Shown: positions 12,773-22,241, counted from the whole stretch's first letter. The stretch: DNA of 63,006 nt, filler included, from a bacterium (GCA_043817485.1; 8 parts of 8 records of this genome joined end to end with filler, not necessarily neighbours in it); one strand, 5' to 3'. The notes: a model not told the origin generated them from the letters alone. Made by a program: numbers and translations.

Positions 12773-12844
12773 TAATAAAAAAAATATAAATTATAATTTA
12801 TCCCGAATTGCAAACAAAAATAAAATATTGCAAATTTTTCTTTT

Positions 12845-13152
12845 TGTTTTGAACATTCGTATTTCGGTCATTCGAATTTGTTTCGTTTTTACCAATATCT
12901 CGTTCCTACGGAACGAATTAGTTTTGTGCTTTATTCATAAATGTCCCATAGGGACAAGATATCGGTAGAAAAAATTATTCTCGCATAATAACAAATGCCG
13001 TAGGCATGATATATTAAATTTCAATTAGTTCTATCAATATCTCGTTCCCATGGAACGAATTGAAATGTTTATGATTTTAAATTAAAAATATGATGTTTCG
13101 AATTTTCTTATTAATATTTATTTCGGATTTCGATATTCGTTTTTCGAATTTT
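12845..13152. repeat. Intergenic repeat mosaic: four REP-like trinucleotide-loop hairpins inside a TTCGAAT-type heptamer array
   Basis: CGTTCC-TAC-GGAACG 12901-12915, TGTCCC-ATA-GGGACA 12942-12956, ATGCC-GTA-GGCAT 12995-13007, CGTTCC-CAT-GGAACG 13043-13057; reverse-complement copies near 32023-32100 and 48950-49015. Confidence 0.85.
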
Positions 13153-13186
13153 TAATTATTACTATCCTTTTGATTGCAAATTAATA

Positions 13187-14038
13187 TTAATCACTAACCA
13201 ATTCTTGTTGATTTAAAGCATTTTTAAGTTCTTTTATTAAAGCAACATCTAATAAATGTCCAGATTTTCGAGCAATAATATATCCTTTTATGGGTTTTTC
13301 TAATAAAGCTAAGGCACCTATTAAATCTAATATTTTATGACGAAGACATTCATTTTTAAATCTTAAATCCGAATTCAAATAATTATTTTCTCCTATAACA
13401 ACTACATTTTCTAAACTACCTCCTTTTCCTAAATCGTCTTTTTTTATAGAAACAATATCTTTTTCAAAACAAAATGTTCGTGCAAATGCAATTTCTTGAA
13501 CAAAACTTTTTTTGTTTAAAAGAAAATACATAGATTGACTTTCTAACATTTTATGATTAAATTCTAATGTATAGGATATTTTTAATTTATCGCTTGGAAG
13601 TACTACTAAATGCTTATCTTCTCTAATTACCCAAATAGGTTTATTAACTCTAAAATAAGATATTGCTCCATTTTGTTCTTCAATTCCAGATTCTAATATT
13701 GCTTCTACAAAATTTTTACTACTTCCATCCATTATCGGCAGTTCTTCTGCAGTTATTTCAATAATTAAATTATCTATCTCTAATCCATATAAAGCAGCTA
13801 AAATATGTTCAACAGTAGCAATTCTAAATTCTTTACAACCTAATGTAATAGATAATTTACTATCAATTACATTTTCAATATTTGCTTTAAGATAAGCATC
13901 ATTAGAAATATCTTTTCTTTTAAATATAATTCCAGTATTTAATGATGCTGGTTTTAAAGTAATAGATGATTCTTTTCCTGTATGAAGTCCTTTTCCCTCC
14001 AAAAAAATAGATTTTTTAATTGTTTTTTGAAATTTCAT
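13187..14038 (-). CDS. lpxC: UDP-3-O-acyl-GlcNAc deacetylase
   Basis: GKGLHTG, TVEHILAAL, ELPIMDGSS, ARTFCF, RHKILDLIG, SGH. Confidence 0.95.
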   Translation of the reverse strand: MKFQKTIKKSIFLEGKGLHTGKESSITLKPASLNTGIIFKRKDISNDAYLKANIENVIDSKLSITLGCKEFRIATVEHILAALYGLEIDNLIIEITAEELPIMDGSSKNFVEAILESGIEEQNGAISYFRVNKPIWVIREDKHLVVLPSDKLKISYTLEFNHKMLESQSMYFLLNKKSFVQEIAFARTFCFEKDIVSIKKDDLGKGGSLENVVVIGENNYLNSDLRFKNECLRHKILDLIGALALLEKPIKGYIIARKSGHLLDVALIKELKNALNQQELVSD

Positions 14039-14198
14039 AAATTTCCCTTTTTATTTAAACTAAAAATTTTTTAAATTATAATGTTTCATCCTTTATTTAA
14101 CATACAAAAATTATTTTTACATTAATACTTTCTATTTTTTTGTCAAGTTTTAACTAAATTTAACCAAAAACATTATAAAAAATCTTAATAAATAAATA

Positions 14199-14227
14199 TT
14201 GACTTTAAAAAAAATATTAATTATAAT
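14199..14227 (+). promoter_or_regulatory. Sigma70-type promoter for the AEC transporter-mrdA-rodA operon
   Basis: TTGACT-17 nt-TATAAT; AT-rich background raises the chance of a random match. Confidence 0.55.
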
Positions 14228-14359
14228 GTTATTTATAAAAAAATCTTTACAAACAATTTCTTCTAAAATTATTTTCATAGTGGTTTAATGCCAAATTGCA
14301 ATCAGAAATAAAATGTTGCAAACTACCAAATGTAAATATTAAATGTCTCAAATATATTG

Positions 14360-14418
14360 TTTTGGATTTTGAATTTTTGTCATTCAAATTTGTTTCGTAT
14401 TTCGATATTCGAATTTTT
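14360..14418. repeat. Degenerate heptamer-array repeat module
   Basis: TTTTGAATTTTTGTCATTCAAATTTGTTTCGTATTTCGATATTCGAATTT resembles 12851-12885 and 51885-51980. Confidence 0.7.
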
Positions 14419-14436
14419 GAAAAGGTATTTAAAATA

Positions 14437-15447
14437 ATGAACTTTATATCTATTTTTTTCACAGTTTTTATTTCTATTTTGAAAATTTTTATAATTATTA
14501 TATTAGGATTTTTTTTTGTTAGAAAAAAAATTATTTCTAAATCTGCTACAAAAGATCTTACTAACTATGTAATTAATTTATCTTTACCTTGTCTTCTTTT
14601 TACTCTTTTAGTAGAAGAATTAAATAAAGATCTTTTTGCTCAATCTTTAATTTTTTTATTAGGTGCTTTTATAATTATTGCTACAGGAATCGGATTAGGG
14701 ATGTTGGTTTGTTTTTTATTTAAAATAAAAAATCCAGAAAAAAATTTAATATCTTGTCTTTGTGGTTTTGGTAATGCAAGTTATTTACCAATTCCTCTTA
14801 TTGCTACAATAATTCCTGATTCTGGTCTTTTTGTTAATGCTTCTTTACAATTCAAAAAAGCAATGATTTATTTAAGTTTTTATTTGATTGTTTGGAATTT
14901 TCTTCAATGGTCATTGGGAAAATGGTTAATTGCTAATAGTTCTTCAACTAAAAAAAAATTTAAAATAAGTTTTTTTTTCAATATTCCTACAATTGGAATT
15001 TTTTTAGGTATTATTGTATCAATGCTTGGATGGAAAAAAATTTTTTTAGATAATTATTTTATTAAAAAAACAATTTTTGATGCTTTAAAATTTATAGGAA
15101 ATACTACTATTCCTATTGTAATGTTTACTCTTGGTGGATTATTAGCAAATGTAAATTTTAAAAATGTAAATTTTAAAAATATTTTATTAGTTATGAGTAT
15201 AAAACTTTTAATTTTTCCTATTTTAGGATTAAGTTTTTTTCTTTGGCAAAAAGATATTAATTCACTTATTAAATTTATTCTTTTTTTAGAATGTATTGTT
15301 CCTCCAGCTATTGCGTTATCAATGATATCTAAACAACATGAAACTAATTATGAATTTATTTCAAGCACTACATTGATTCTATATCTTTTATCTATTATTT
15401 TTATTCCTTTTTGGCTTTCATGTTTTTTCAAGTTATGTTGGAATTAA
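14437..15447 (+). CDS. AEC (auxin efflux carrier) family transporter
   Basis: About 10 TM helices, SLPCLLF, FGNASYLPIP, PPA motif; the ORF-track extension from 14296 runs through repeat DNA, so ATG 14437 is preferred. Confidence 0.85.
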   Translation: MNFISIFFTVFISILKIFIIIILGFFFVRKKIISKSATKDLTNYVINLSLPCLLFTLLVEELNKDLFAQSLIFLLGAFIIIATGIGLGMLVCFLFKIKNPEKNLISCLCGFGNASYLPIPLIATIIPDSGLFVNASLQFKKAMIYLSFYLIVWNFLQWSLGKWLIANSSSTKKKFKISFFFNIPTIGIFLGIIVSMLGWKKIFLDNYFIKKTIFDALKFIGNTTIPIVMFTLGGLLANVNFKNVNFKNILLVMSIKLLIFPILGLSFFLWQKDINSLIKFILFLECIVPPAIALSMISKQHETNYEFISSTTLILYLLSIIFIPFWLSCFFKLCWN

Positions 15448-15450
15448 AAA

Positions 15451-17295
15451 ATGTATTATTCTTCATTTGATTTTCAAAAAAAATATCTTTTATTTATTAT
15501 AATTATAATTTCTTTAATTGGCTTATTATTAGCAAGATCTTTTTATCTTCAAATAATTAAAGGCTCTTTATTTTCATCTTTATCAGATAAAAATAAAATT
15601 AGAAAACTTATTACACGAACTAAAAGAGGAGATATTTTTGATAAAAATAATACTCTTTTAGCTGGGTCTATTCCTTCTCTTACAGTTAGTTTTTTCCCAT
15701 GGGATCTTAAGCAAAAAGAAAGAGAAAAAACAACAGAAAATTTGTGTAATTTATTTAAATTAGATATTCAAAAAATAAAACAAAAAATAGAAAATACACC
15801 TCGATATAAAGATATAAAAATAAAAAAAGATGTAAATATAGAAGTTGTCAGTTTAATAGAAGAAAATAAAGTAGATTTTCCAGAAGTAAAAATTGTTATA
15901 GAGCCCAATAGAAAATATATTTATAAAGAAATTTTTTGTCATTTACTTGGATATGTTGATGAAATTTCTTCACAAGAATATGAAAAATTAAAAGACTCTA
16001 CTTATAATTATGAAATAGGTGATTATATTGGGAAAATGGGATTAGAGAAAACTTATGAAAAATTTTTACATGGAGAAAATGGTTATGAATTAGCAATAAT
16101 AAATGCTTATGGAAATAAAGTTAAAAATTGGGGAAATTCTGGAGGTATAAAAAAATTAGTTGAAGGAAATTCTCTAACACTTACTGTTGATTTAAATTTG
16201 CAAAAAATAGCTTATGAATGTTTGCAAAATAAAACAGGTACTATTATAGCAATAAATCCTCAAAATGGTTCTATTCTATCATTAGTAAGTAGTCCAAGTT
16301 TTGATCCAAATATTTTTTTAGATGTTATTACACAAGATGATTTTAATAAAATATTTAATAATTCAAAATTTCCTTTATTAAATAGATCTATTCAAGGTAG
16401 GTATCCTCCAGGTTCAGTTTTTAAAATAGTTACTACCTTAGCAGCATTAGAAGAAAATATAAAGTGGAATAATTTTATTCCTTGTACAGGTGAATATAAA
16501 AAAGGGAAATGGGTATATAGATGTTGGGAAGGACAAGGACATGGATATAGTGATATTACAAAAGCTTTTGCTTTTTCTTGCAATGTATTTTTTTATCAAT
16601 TAGGAGAAAAATTAGGAGCAAGTAAAATTGTACAATATGCAAAAACAATGGAACTTGATACTTTAACTAATATAGATTTGCCAGGAGAAATAAAAGGATT
16701 TATTCCTTCTCCAAGTTGGAAAAAAAAAGTAAAAAAAACTAATTGGTATTTAGGCGATACTTTACATTTAGCTATTGGACAATCAAATCTTGCAATAACT
16801 CCTTTACGAATAGTTATGATGGTTAGTGCTATTGCAAATAATGGTACTTTTTATAAACCTTATTTAGTAAAAAAAATAAAAAATGCAGAAGGAAAAGAAT
16901 TTTTTATTACGCCTAAAATTGTAAAAAAAATGTTTTTAGAACCTGAAAAATTAAATGAGTTTAAAAAAATTCTTTTTTCTTGTGTTCAATATGGTACTGG
17001 TTGGAAAGCTAATATAAAAGATGCAATGGTTTTTGGAAAAACTGGTACTGCTCAAGTGCGAAAATCAAAAAAAAGACATGAATATCAATTAGAAAAATTT
17101 CGTGATCATGCTTGGTTTACTGGTTGGGCTGAAAAAAATGGTAAAAAAATAGCTGTTGTTGTTTTTGTTGAGCATGGGGGTTCAGGTGGTGAAGCTGCTG
17201 CTCCTTTAGCACAAAAAATATTTAATGCTTATTTTAACTCTTCATTAAAATTAGAAGAAAAAAAATTGGAAAATGTTCCTTCTACTTTAGAATAA
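15451..17295 (+). CDS. mrdA: Penicillin-binding protein 2
   Basis: RGDIFD, YPPGSVFK (SxxK), SCNVFFY (SxN), GKTGTAQ, DHAWF; followed by rodA. Confidence 0.95.
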   Translation: MYYSSFDFQKKYLLFIIIIISLIGLLLARSFYLQIIKGSLFSSLSDKNKIRKLITRTKRGDIFDKNNTLLAGSIPSLTVSFFPWDLKQKEREKTTENLCNLFKLDIQKIKQKIENTPRYKDIKIKKDVNIEVVSLIEENKVDFPEVKIVIEPNRKYIYKEIFCHLLGYVDEISSQEYEKLKDSTYNYEIGDYIGKMGLEKTYEKFLHGENGYELAIINAYGNKVKNWGNSGGIKKLVEGNSLTLTVDLNLQKIAYECLQNKTGTIIAINPQNGSILSLVSSPSFDPNIFLDVITQDDFNKIFNNSKFPLLNRSIQGRYPPGSVFKIVTTLAALEENIKWNNFIPCTGEYKKGKWVYRCWEGQGHGYSDITKAFAFSCNVFFYQLGEKLGASKIVQYAKTMELDTLTNIDLPGEIKGFIPSPSWKKKVKKTNWYLGDTLHLAIGQSNLAITPLRIVMMVSAIANNGTFYKPYLVKKIKNAEGKEFFITPKIVKKMFLEPEKLNEFKKILFSCVQYGTGWKANIKDAMVFGKTGTAQVRKSKKRHEYQLEKFRDHAWFTGWAEKNGKKIAVVVFVEHGGSGGEAAAPLAQKIFNAYFNSSLKLEEKKLENVPSTLE

Positions 17296-17334
17296 ATTTA
17301 TTCTAAATATAAATTTATAAAATAAAGAAAAAAA

Positions 17335-18570
17335 ATGTTTGCTATAAAATCTTTCAATAAATTTAATTATGTTTTACTTATTTCAGTTTTACTTCTTTGT
17401 TGCATAGGTTTAATATTACAAAAAAGTGCATCACAAAGAGAAGATAGTGAAAATTTTTTTTTAAAACAACTTTTATGGATGTTATTAGGTTTAGTATTTT
17501 TAGTAATAGTAATGAATATAGATTATTTAGTATTAGAAAGATTAAGTGAAATTATTTATATTATTAGTATTTTTTTGCTTATAATAGGATTTGCATTTTC
17601 TGTAGCATATACTCATCGATGGATTAAAATAGGATCTTTTTCTTTGCAACCTTCTGAAGTAGTAAAATTAGGAATAATTTTAGTTTTATCTAAATATATG
17701 AAAAGAAAAAAATCTCAAATTGAAGATTTAAAAGATATAATTGTACCTTTTTTAATTATATTTATTCCAACTATTTTAACTGCTGTGCAACCAGATTTAA
17801 GTTCTGCAATTGTAATAATGGCGATATCTTTAAGTATCATTTTTTGGACACAAATTAGTTTAATAAAATTTTTTTTGATATTTTTCTTTCCTTTAATGAG
17901 TATGATTATTGGAATATTGTTGTCTCAAAATATATTATTTATTTTTATTCTTGGTATATATTTTTTCATATTATTTTCGCTTGTAAAACGAATTAAAATA
18001 GAAAAAATTGATGCTCTTATTATTCTTTTTTTTAATATAATTATAAGCATTATTTCCCCTTTATTTTGGATGTTATTAAAAGATTATCAAAAAGATAGGT
18101 TTTTAAGTTTTTTAAATCCAGAAAAAAATGCTTTAGGAAAGGGTTATAATGTTATTCAATCTAAAATTGCAATTGGATCTGGGAATTTATGCGGAAAAGG
18201 TTTTTGTAAAGGAACACAAACTCAACTTAATTTTCTTCCATCTCATCATACAGATTTTATATTTTCTGTTTTAGGTGAAGAATGGGGATTTATTGGTGTT
18301 ACAATTGTATTATTTCTTTATTTTATTATTTTATTAGAATCTTTTAAAATTGCTTTTAAGTGTAAAGATTTATTTGGTAAATTAGTAATATTTGGTATTG
18401 TTTTTTTATGGTTATTTCATATTGTTGCTAATATTGGAATGACAATGGGAATAATTCCAGTAACAGGTTTGCCATTACCTTTGTTAAGTTATGGTGGAAC
18501 TTTTCTTATAATCAATTTAATTATGACTGGGTTAATATTAAATATAGGTGTTAAAAGATATGTGTTTTAA
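17335..18570 (+). CDS. rodA: Rod shape-determining protein RodA (SEDS)
   Basis: QPSEVVK, QPDLSSA, QSKIAIGSG, HTDFIFS, PVTGLPLPLLSYGG. Confidence 0.95.
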   Translation: MFAIKSFNKFNYVLLISVLLLCCIGLILQKSASQREDSENFFLKQLLWMLLGLVFLVIVMNIDYLVLERLSEIIYIISIFLLIIGFAFSVAYTHRWIKIGSFSLQPSEVVKLGIILVLSKYMKRKKSQIEDLKDIIVPFLIIFIPTILTAVQPDLSSAIVIMAISLSIIFWTQISLIKFFLIFFFPLMSMIIGILLSQNILFIFILGIYFFILFSLVKRIKIEKIDALIILFFNIIISIISPLFWMLLKDYQKDRFLSFLNPEKNALGKGYNVIQSKIAIGSGNLCGKGFCKGTQTQLNFLPSHHTDFIFSVLGEEWGFIGVTIVLFLYFIILLESFKIAFKCKDLFGKLVIFGIVFLWLFHIVANIGMTMGIIPVTGLPLPLLSYGGTFLIINLIMTGLILNIGVKRYVF

Positions 18571-18608
18571 AAAACATTTTTTTGAAATATAAAATAAATT
18601 TACTTTTA

Positions 18609-18779
18609 TTAATATTTTCCTCTTTTTTTATAATCTAAACATTGAACAACATTAGGTTTTTCAGAATGATTACAACTACTTCTATAATCATACATACAAG
18701 TATCACATAAAAAACATTTTTCTTTGCTTTTAAAAAAAATTTGAATTTTATTAAATATTTTTTTAAACATTGAAATCAT
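18609..18779 (-). CDS. Small Cys-rich hypothetical protein (56 aa), possible metal-binding
   Basis: Hand translation MISMFKKIFNKIQIFFKSKEKCFLCDTCMYDYRSSCNHSEKPNVVQCLDYKKRGKY*; below ORF-track cutoff. Confidence 0.55.
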   Translation of the reverse strand: MISMFKKIFNKIQIFFKSKEKCFLCDTCMYDYRSSCNHSEKPNVVQCLDYKKRGKY

Positions 18780-18798
18780 ATATTTTTTTCACTTTCTT

Positions 18799-18910
18799 CT
18801 ACCGATTATTGTCCGTATGGGACACATTGTGTGGAGAAAGCATAAAGATAATTCGTTCTGTAGAAACGAGATATTGGTGTAAAAACTAATATCGAAATAC
18901 GAAACAATTA
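18799..18910. repeat. Inverted pair of degenerate REP-like hairpins plus heptamer module
   Basis: CTACCGAT..GTCCGTATGGGAC (18811-18823) and CGTTCTGTAGAAACGAGATATTGGT (from 18854) are the same family as 12891-12970. Confidence 0.7.
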
Positions 18911-18925
18911 AAAAATAATTAAATC

Positions 18926-19048
18926 TATATATAACGACTTAAGTTAATTGGCATAAAAACTTAACTTTATCCATAAATACATTTGCTTGCATAAATTTTA
19001 ATTCCTGTATCCCATGTACCTTTTCTCTTACATTTTTGCTTATATATA
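18926..19048. mobile_element. Variant copy of TATATATAACG MITE-like element
   Basis: Starts TATATATAACGACTTAA, shares ACTTAACTTTATCCATAAATACAT...CTTGCATAA, ends TTTTTGCTTATATATA (degenerate right TIR). Confidence 0.6.
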
Positions 19049-19050
19049 CC

Positions 19051-19226
19051 TTCTACAACAATGTCACCCCTTCGGGGTTTAATTGGTAATTATTTAACAA
19101 TTGCTATAATAATATCAGCCCTTCAGGCTTTAATATATATAACGACTTAACTTTATCCGTAAATACATCTACTTGCATAATTTTTTTTTGAATTGTTCGT
19201 TAACTATTTTTTGCCGTTATATATAA
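19051..19226. repeat. ~175-bp near-identical dispersed repeat (REP doublet plus MITE), copy 1
   Basis: Matches 23183-23356 with few differences; contains the ACCCC-TTC-GGGGT hairpin at 19066-19078. Confidence 0.95.
19134..19225. mobile_element. 92-bp MITE-like element with 11-bp terminal inverted repeats
   Basis: TATATATAACG (19134-19144) ... CGTTATATATA (19215-19225); non-coding. Confidence 0.7.
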
Positions 19227-19283
19227 AATAACAAAATTGCAACATTTTATTTCTGATGGCAATTTGTTAATAATATTATTTAT

Positions 19284-21068
19284 TTAGTTTTTTTCTAAAT
19301 CTATAATTTTTTTTTCAATATCTTTAATTTGATAAAAAGGTAAACAAAATATTTCTTTTATTTTTTCAATTTGAGCATAATAACTTTCTTTATTTTCTGT
19401 AGGTTTTCCAATTAAAATTACTTTTTGTTGTTTTTTTCCTATTTCAAGAGAAATAACAATTTTGGCTGAATCTAATTGATATTCTGATAAAGGTTTTAAA
19501 TTATCTTTTATAAATTCATTTGTTCTTAAATTACTAAGTGAATCTAAAAACAAATTTATTGTAGCAGATTCTATATTTCTTTTTTTACGATTAATTTTTA
19601 TTTGCCAAATTTTTTCATTTTTCTTTATTCCAGAAATAGTTTTTGATAAGTATTTAATTTTAAAAGAGTTAACATTTTCTTTTTTAAAATTAAAAACATT
19701 TTTTTCTCTTAAACTAATTAAATCTTTATTTGTTAAATTAGTTGTTGTCCATTCTTCCATTGTAAATACTTTATTCTTTTCTGCTTCATTTAATCCGTAA
19801 ACAACTTTTTCATCTTTTTTATTTCCCAAAAAAAACACAATTTTTTGATTTTTTCCTTCTAAAATTATTTGTTTATCAAATCCATATTTACTTAAATTAT
19901 TTACATTTTCTATGTTTTTTTTTGCTTTTATATTAGAAACATTTCTAATAATTTCTTCTATTACATATTTATCAGCTAATGTTTTTATTGGTTTTTCTAA
20001 ATACCATTCTTTGTTTTTTTTAGTGCAAATAAATTCTTGATTTGGATAAATTAAACAAATTTTATGAATTTCTTCAAATTCAAAATCAAAAACTCTTTTG
20101 TCTTGAAATATTTCTGCATCTTTTGTAAGTTCTTCTATTGTCCATTCATTTACTGCAAAAATTTCTTCTTTACCTTCTACTTTAGCATAAACTTCTTTAT
20201 TTTTTATTTTTTGTTTTTGTACTTCAGGAGGAGCATATGATGGAGCAGATTCTAATTTTTCTCTTAACCCAAAACTAATTTTTTTTACTTCATTTCCTTT
20301 TAACTCTAAAGTAATTTTAATTTTGGGTTTATCTAAATTATAATATTTAAAATTATTTTCAGAATATGGAATAAATTCCATTATTTCTAAATTTTCTAAT
20401 GTAGTAAAAACATTATCTATAATATATTTATCAGCTTTTGTTTGTAAAGGAGAAATTAAATCCCATTTTTTTTCAGTTTTTTTAATAGCTTCAATATTTT
20501 TTTTAGGATATTCAATTTTTATTCTTACAACATCATCTTTTTTAAAAAATAAAACTTTTTTATTTCTTAAACTTATGGCATCTTGTCTTAAAGTAAAAAG
20601 AATTTCTTCCCCTACTAAATAAATATTTTCATCTTTATTTTTTTTTACATAAACATATCCTTCAATAGGGGTATTTTCTCCAATAAAAAGTGTTTCTTTT
20701 GTTCCCTTATTCCAAAAATTAAATTCTAATTGAGGATTAGAAAAACCAAATAAAGAAGTTTTTTTTATTTCTTTTTTTGAAATTTTTTTATGATACGATA
20801 AATTTGTAATTTCTTCAAGAATTTTTTTTACCATATTAATATCTGCATTGTCTTTTAAAGGATTTATTAACAACCACTGATCTTTTTCTTTTTTGCAAAT
20901 TATAGAAATATTGCTATGTTTTATAGAAAATTTATCAATATTTTCTTGTTTCACTGTAAAAAGATTTTTATTTATCAATTCTGTTTTTGTTTTTTTTGCT
21001 TCAAAAAAATAATAGTATCCTAAAAGAATAAAAAATATTCCTAATATAATAAAAGTATTTTTTTTCAT
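19284..21068 (-). CDS. DUF4340 domain-containing membrane-anchored protein (three repeated domains)
   Basis: N-terminal TM; repeated W-x-L-x-x-P-x-x-x-x-AD, YGL/FGF-x-x-P and LR-x-K-x-V(F/L) motifs. Confidence 0.8.
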   Translation of the reverse strand: MKKNTFIILGIFFILLGYYYFFEAKKTKTELINKNLFTVKQENIDKFSIKHSNISIICKKEKDQWLLINPLKDNADINMVKKILEEITNLSYHKKISKKEIKKTSLFGFSNPQLEFNFWNKGTKETLFIGENTPIEGYVYVKKNKDENIYLVGEEILFTLRQDAISLRNKKVLFFKKDDVVRIKIEYPKKNIEAIKKTEKKWDLISPLQTKADKYIIDNVFTTLENLEIMEFIPYSENNFKYYNLDKPKIKITLELKGNEVKKISFGLREKLESAPSYAPPEVQKQKIKNKEVYAKVEGKEEIFAVNEWTIEELTKDAEIFQDKRVFDFEFEEIHKICLIYPNQEFICTKKNKEWYLEKPIKTLADKYVIEEIIRNVSNIKAKKNIENVNNLSKYGFDKQIILEGKNQKIVFFLGNKKDEKVVYGLNEAEKNKVFTMEEWTTTNLTNKDLISLREKNVFNFKKENVNSFKIKYLSKTISGIKKNEKIWQIKINRKKRNIESATINLFLDSLSNLRTNEFIKDNLKPLSEYQLDSAKIVISLEIGKKQQKVILIGKPTENKESYYAQIEKIKEIFCLPFYQIKDIEKKIIDLEKN

Positions 21069-21135
21069 TTTTTTCTCTCCTAATCATTTAAGTTTATTAG
21101 GTATTTTGATACCTTGTAGTTTGTTGTAGATGAAT

Positions 21136-21551
21136 TTACTTATAAAATTTTTGAAAAGATTGAAAAGCTTCTTTTATAGTTTCAAAAGAAAATCCTTTTT
21201 GTAAAAGATATTGATATATTTTTTCTTTTTGATTTAATTTCTTTTTTTTTATTAATAGAATGGCAAGATCTATTTCTTTGTTTTCTTCAAAAGCAATATT
21301 TAATTCTTGAGTAATAATTCTTTGGAAATTCCTTTAAATAAAAGTTCTTTTTCTATTAATTTTTTACCTCTTGGTTTAAATCTTATTCTTTGCTCAATCC
21401 ATTGTTTAGCAAACAATCTATCATCTATTAAATTTAATTTTTTAAAAAAATTAATTGTTTTTTCTATTTCTTCTTTTGAAATTTTTCTGTTTTTTAATTT
21501 TTTTTCTAATTCAAAAATTGTATAAGAACGATAAGATAATAATTTAAAAAC
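21136..21551 (-). CDS. recX: Regulatory protein RecX, 5'-truncated by contig end, frameshift near 21318
   Basis: Hand translation LLSYRSYTIFELEKKL...LIDDRLFAKQWI...RGKKLIEKELLFKGI, then after +1 A ...KIYQYLLQKGFSFETIKEAF. Confidence 0.8.
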
Positions 21552-21745
21552 NNNNNNNNNNNNNNNNNNNNNNNNNNNNNNNNNNNNNNNNNNNNTTAAT
21601 TAATTAANNNNNNNNNNNNNNNNNNNNNNNNNNNNNNNNNNNNNNNNNNNNTTTATATCAACTAATTTAAGTCTTTATATATACAATTGATAATTAATGG
21701 CAAAACTATCCCATATATAGTATTTATTGCTAATATTGGCACAAC

Positions 21746-21883
21746 ATGTTGTATACTTCTCATGCCAAATTTCTATTGCGACACAGTCTCGAAGATAAGT
21801 ACGGATCTACATTAACAATGGAATATTCTGCTTCTAATATTGAAAATACAAATTGGGGAAAAGTAAAACAATTGTTTAGATAA
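21746..21883 (+). CDS. Probable C-terminal fragment of an exported protein ending in a 'WGKVKQLFR' motif
   Basis: ...LEDKYGSTLTMEYSASNIENTNWGKVKQLFR* near contig start, followed by a strong terminator; upstream part of the frame has stops. Confidence 0.5.
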   Translation: MLYTSHAKFLLRHSLEDKYGSTLTMEYSASNIENTNWGKVKQLFR

Positions 21884-21901
21884 AAATTCGAGAACATTTA
21901 C

Positions 21902-21939
21902 AAAAAAAAAGGGATTGGAGTTTTCCAATCCCTTTTTTT
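21902..21939. terminator. Bidirectional rho-independent terminator
   Basis: A9-GGGATTGGA-GTTT-TCCAATCCC-T7. Confidence 0.85.
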
Positions 21940-21940
21940 A

Positions 21941-22215
21941 TTTATACCAAGTCGCATTTAAACGCTAATTTGCAATAAACTAAAAAGAAGAAAATCAGAA
22001 TATCGAAATCAGAAACAAATTCGAATGACTAAAGGAATTTTTAAATTTTAGATTTTGGATTGGGAGAATTTTCAATTTGAAATTTTCAATTTAAAATAAA
22101 TTTCAATGTTTCTCCCGATAATTCTAACCCCGAAAGGGTGATATTATTATAGAAGGTGACATTGTCCGTTATTGGAAAATTACAGACAACCACAAAAGAT
22201 TGTCCTACAGGAATT
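21941..22215. repeat. Repeat mosaic downstream of dusB (TATACC element end, heptamer array, ACCC..GGGT REP)
   Basis: 21941-21968 is the exact reverse complement of 53250-53277; 22080-22154 is approximately the reverse complement of 31927-32000. Confidence 0.85.
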
Positions 22216-22241
22216 ATGTAAATTATTTTCTAAAAAAAAAA

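Noticed and set aside
12738-12968. 76-aa ORF, and likewise 48973..49158, 53108..53302 and the N-terminal extensions at 14296 and 53261
   Set aside because: They read through non-coding repeat mosaics and have no protein-like motifs
12845-13152. Hairpin clusters as a CRISPR array
   Set aside because: Units differ in sequence and orientation, spacing is irregular, and no cas genes are present
21652-21883. Stop-interrupted frame as a DGR template/variable repeat or as stop-codon recoding
   Set aside because: No second copy differing at adenines and no reverse transcriptase; lies at a contig end; other genes use TAA/TAG/TGA as normal stops
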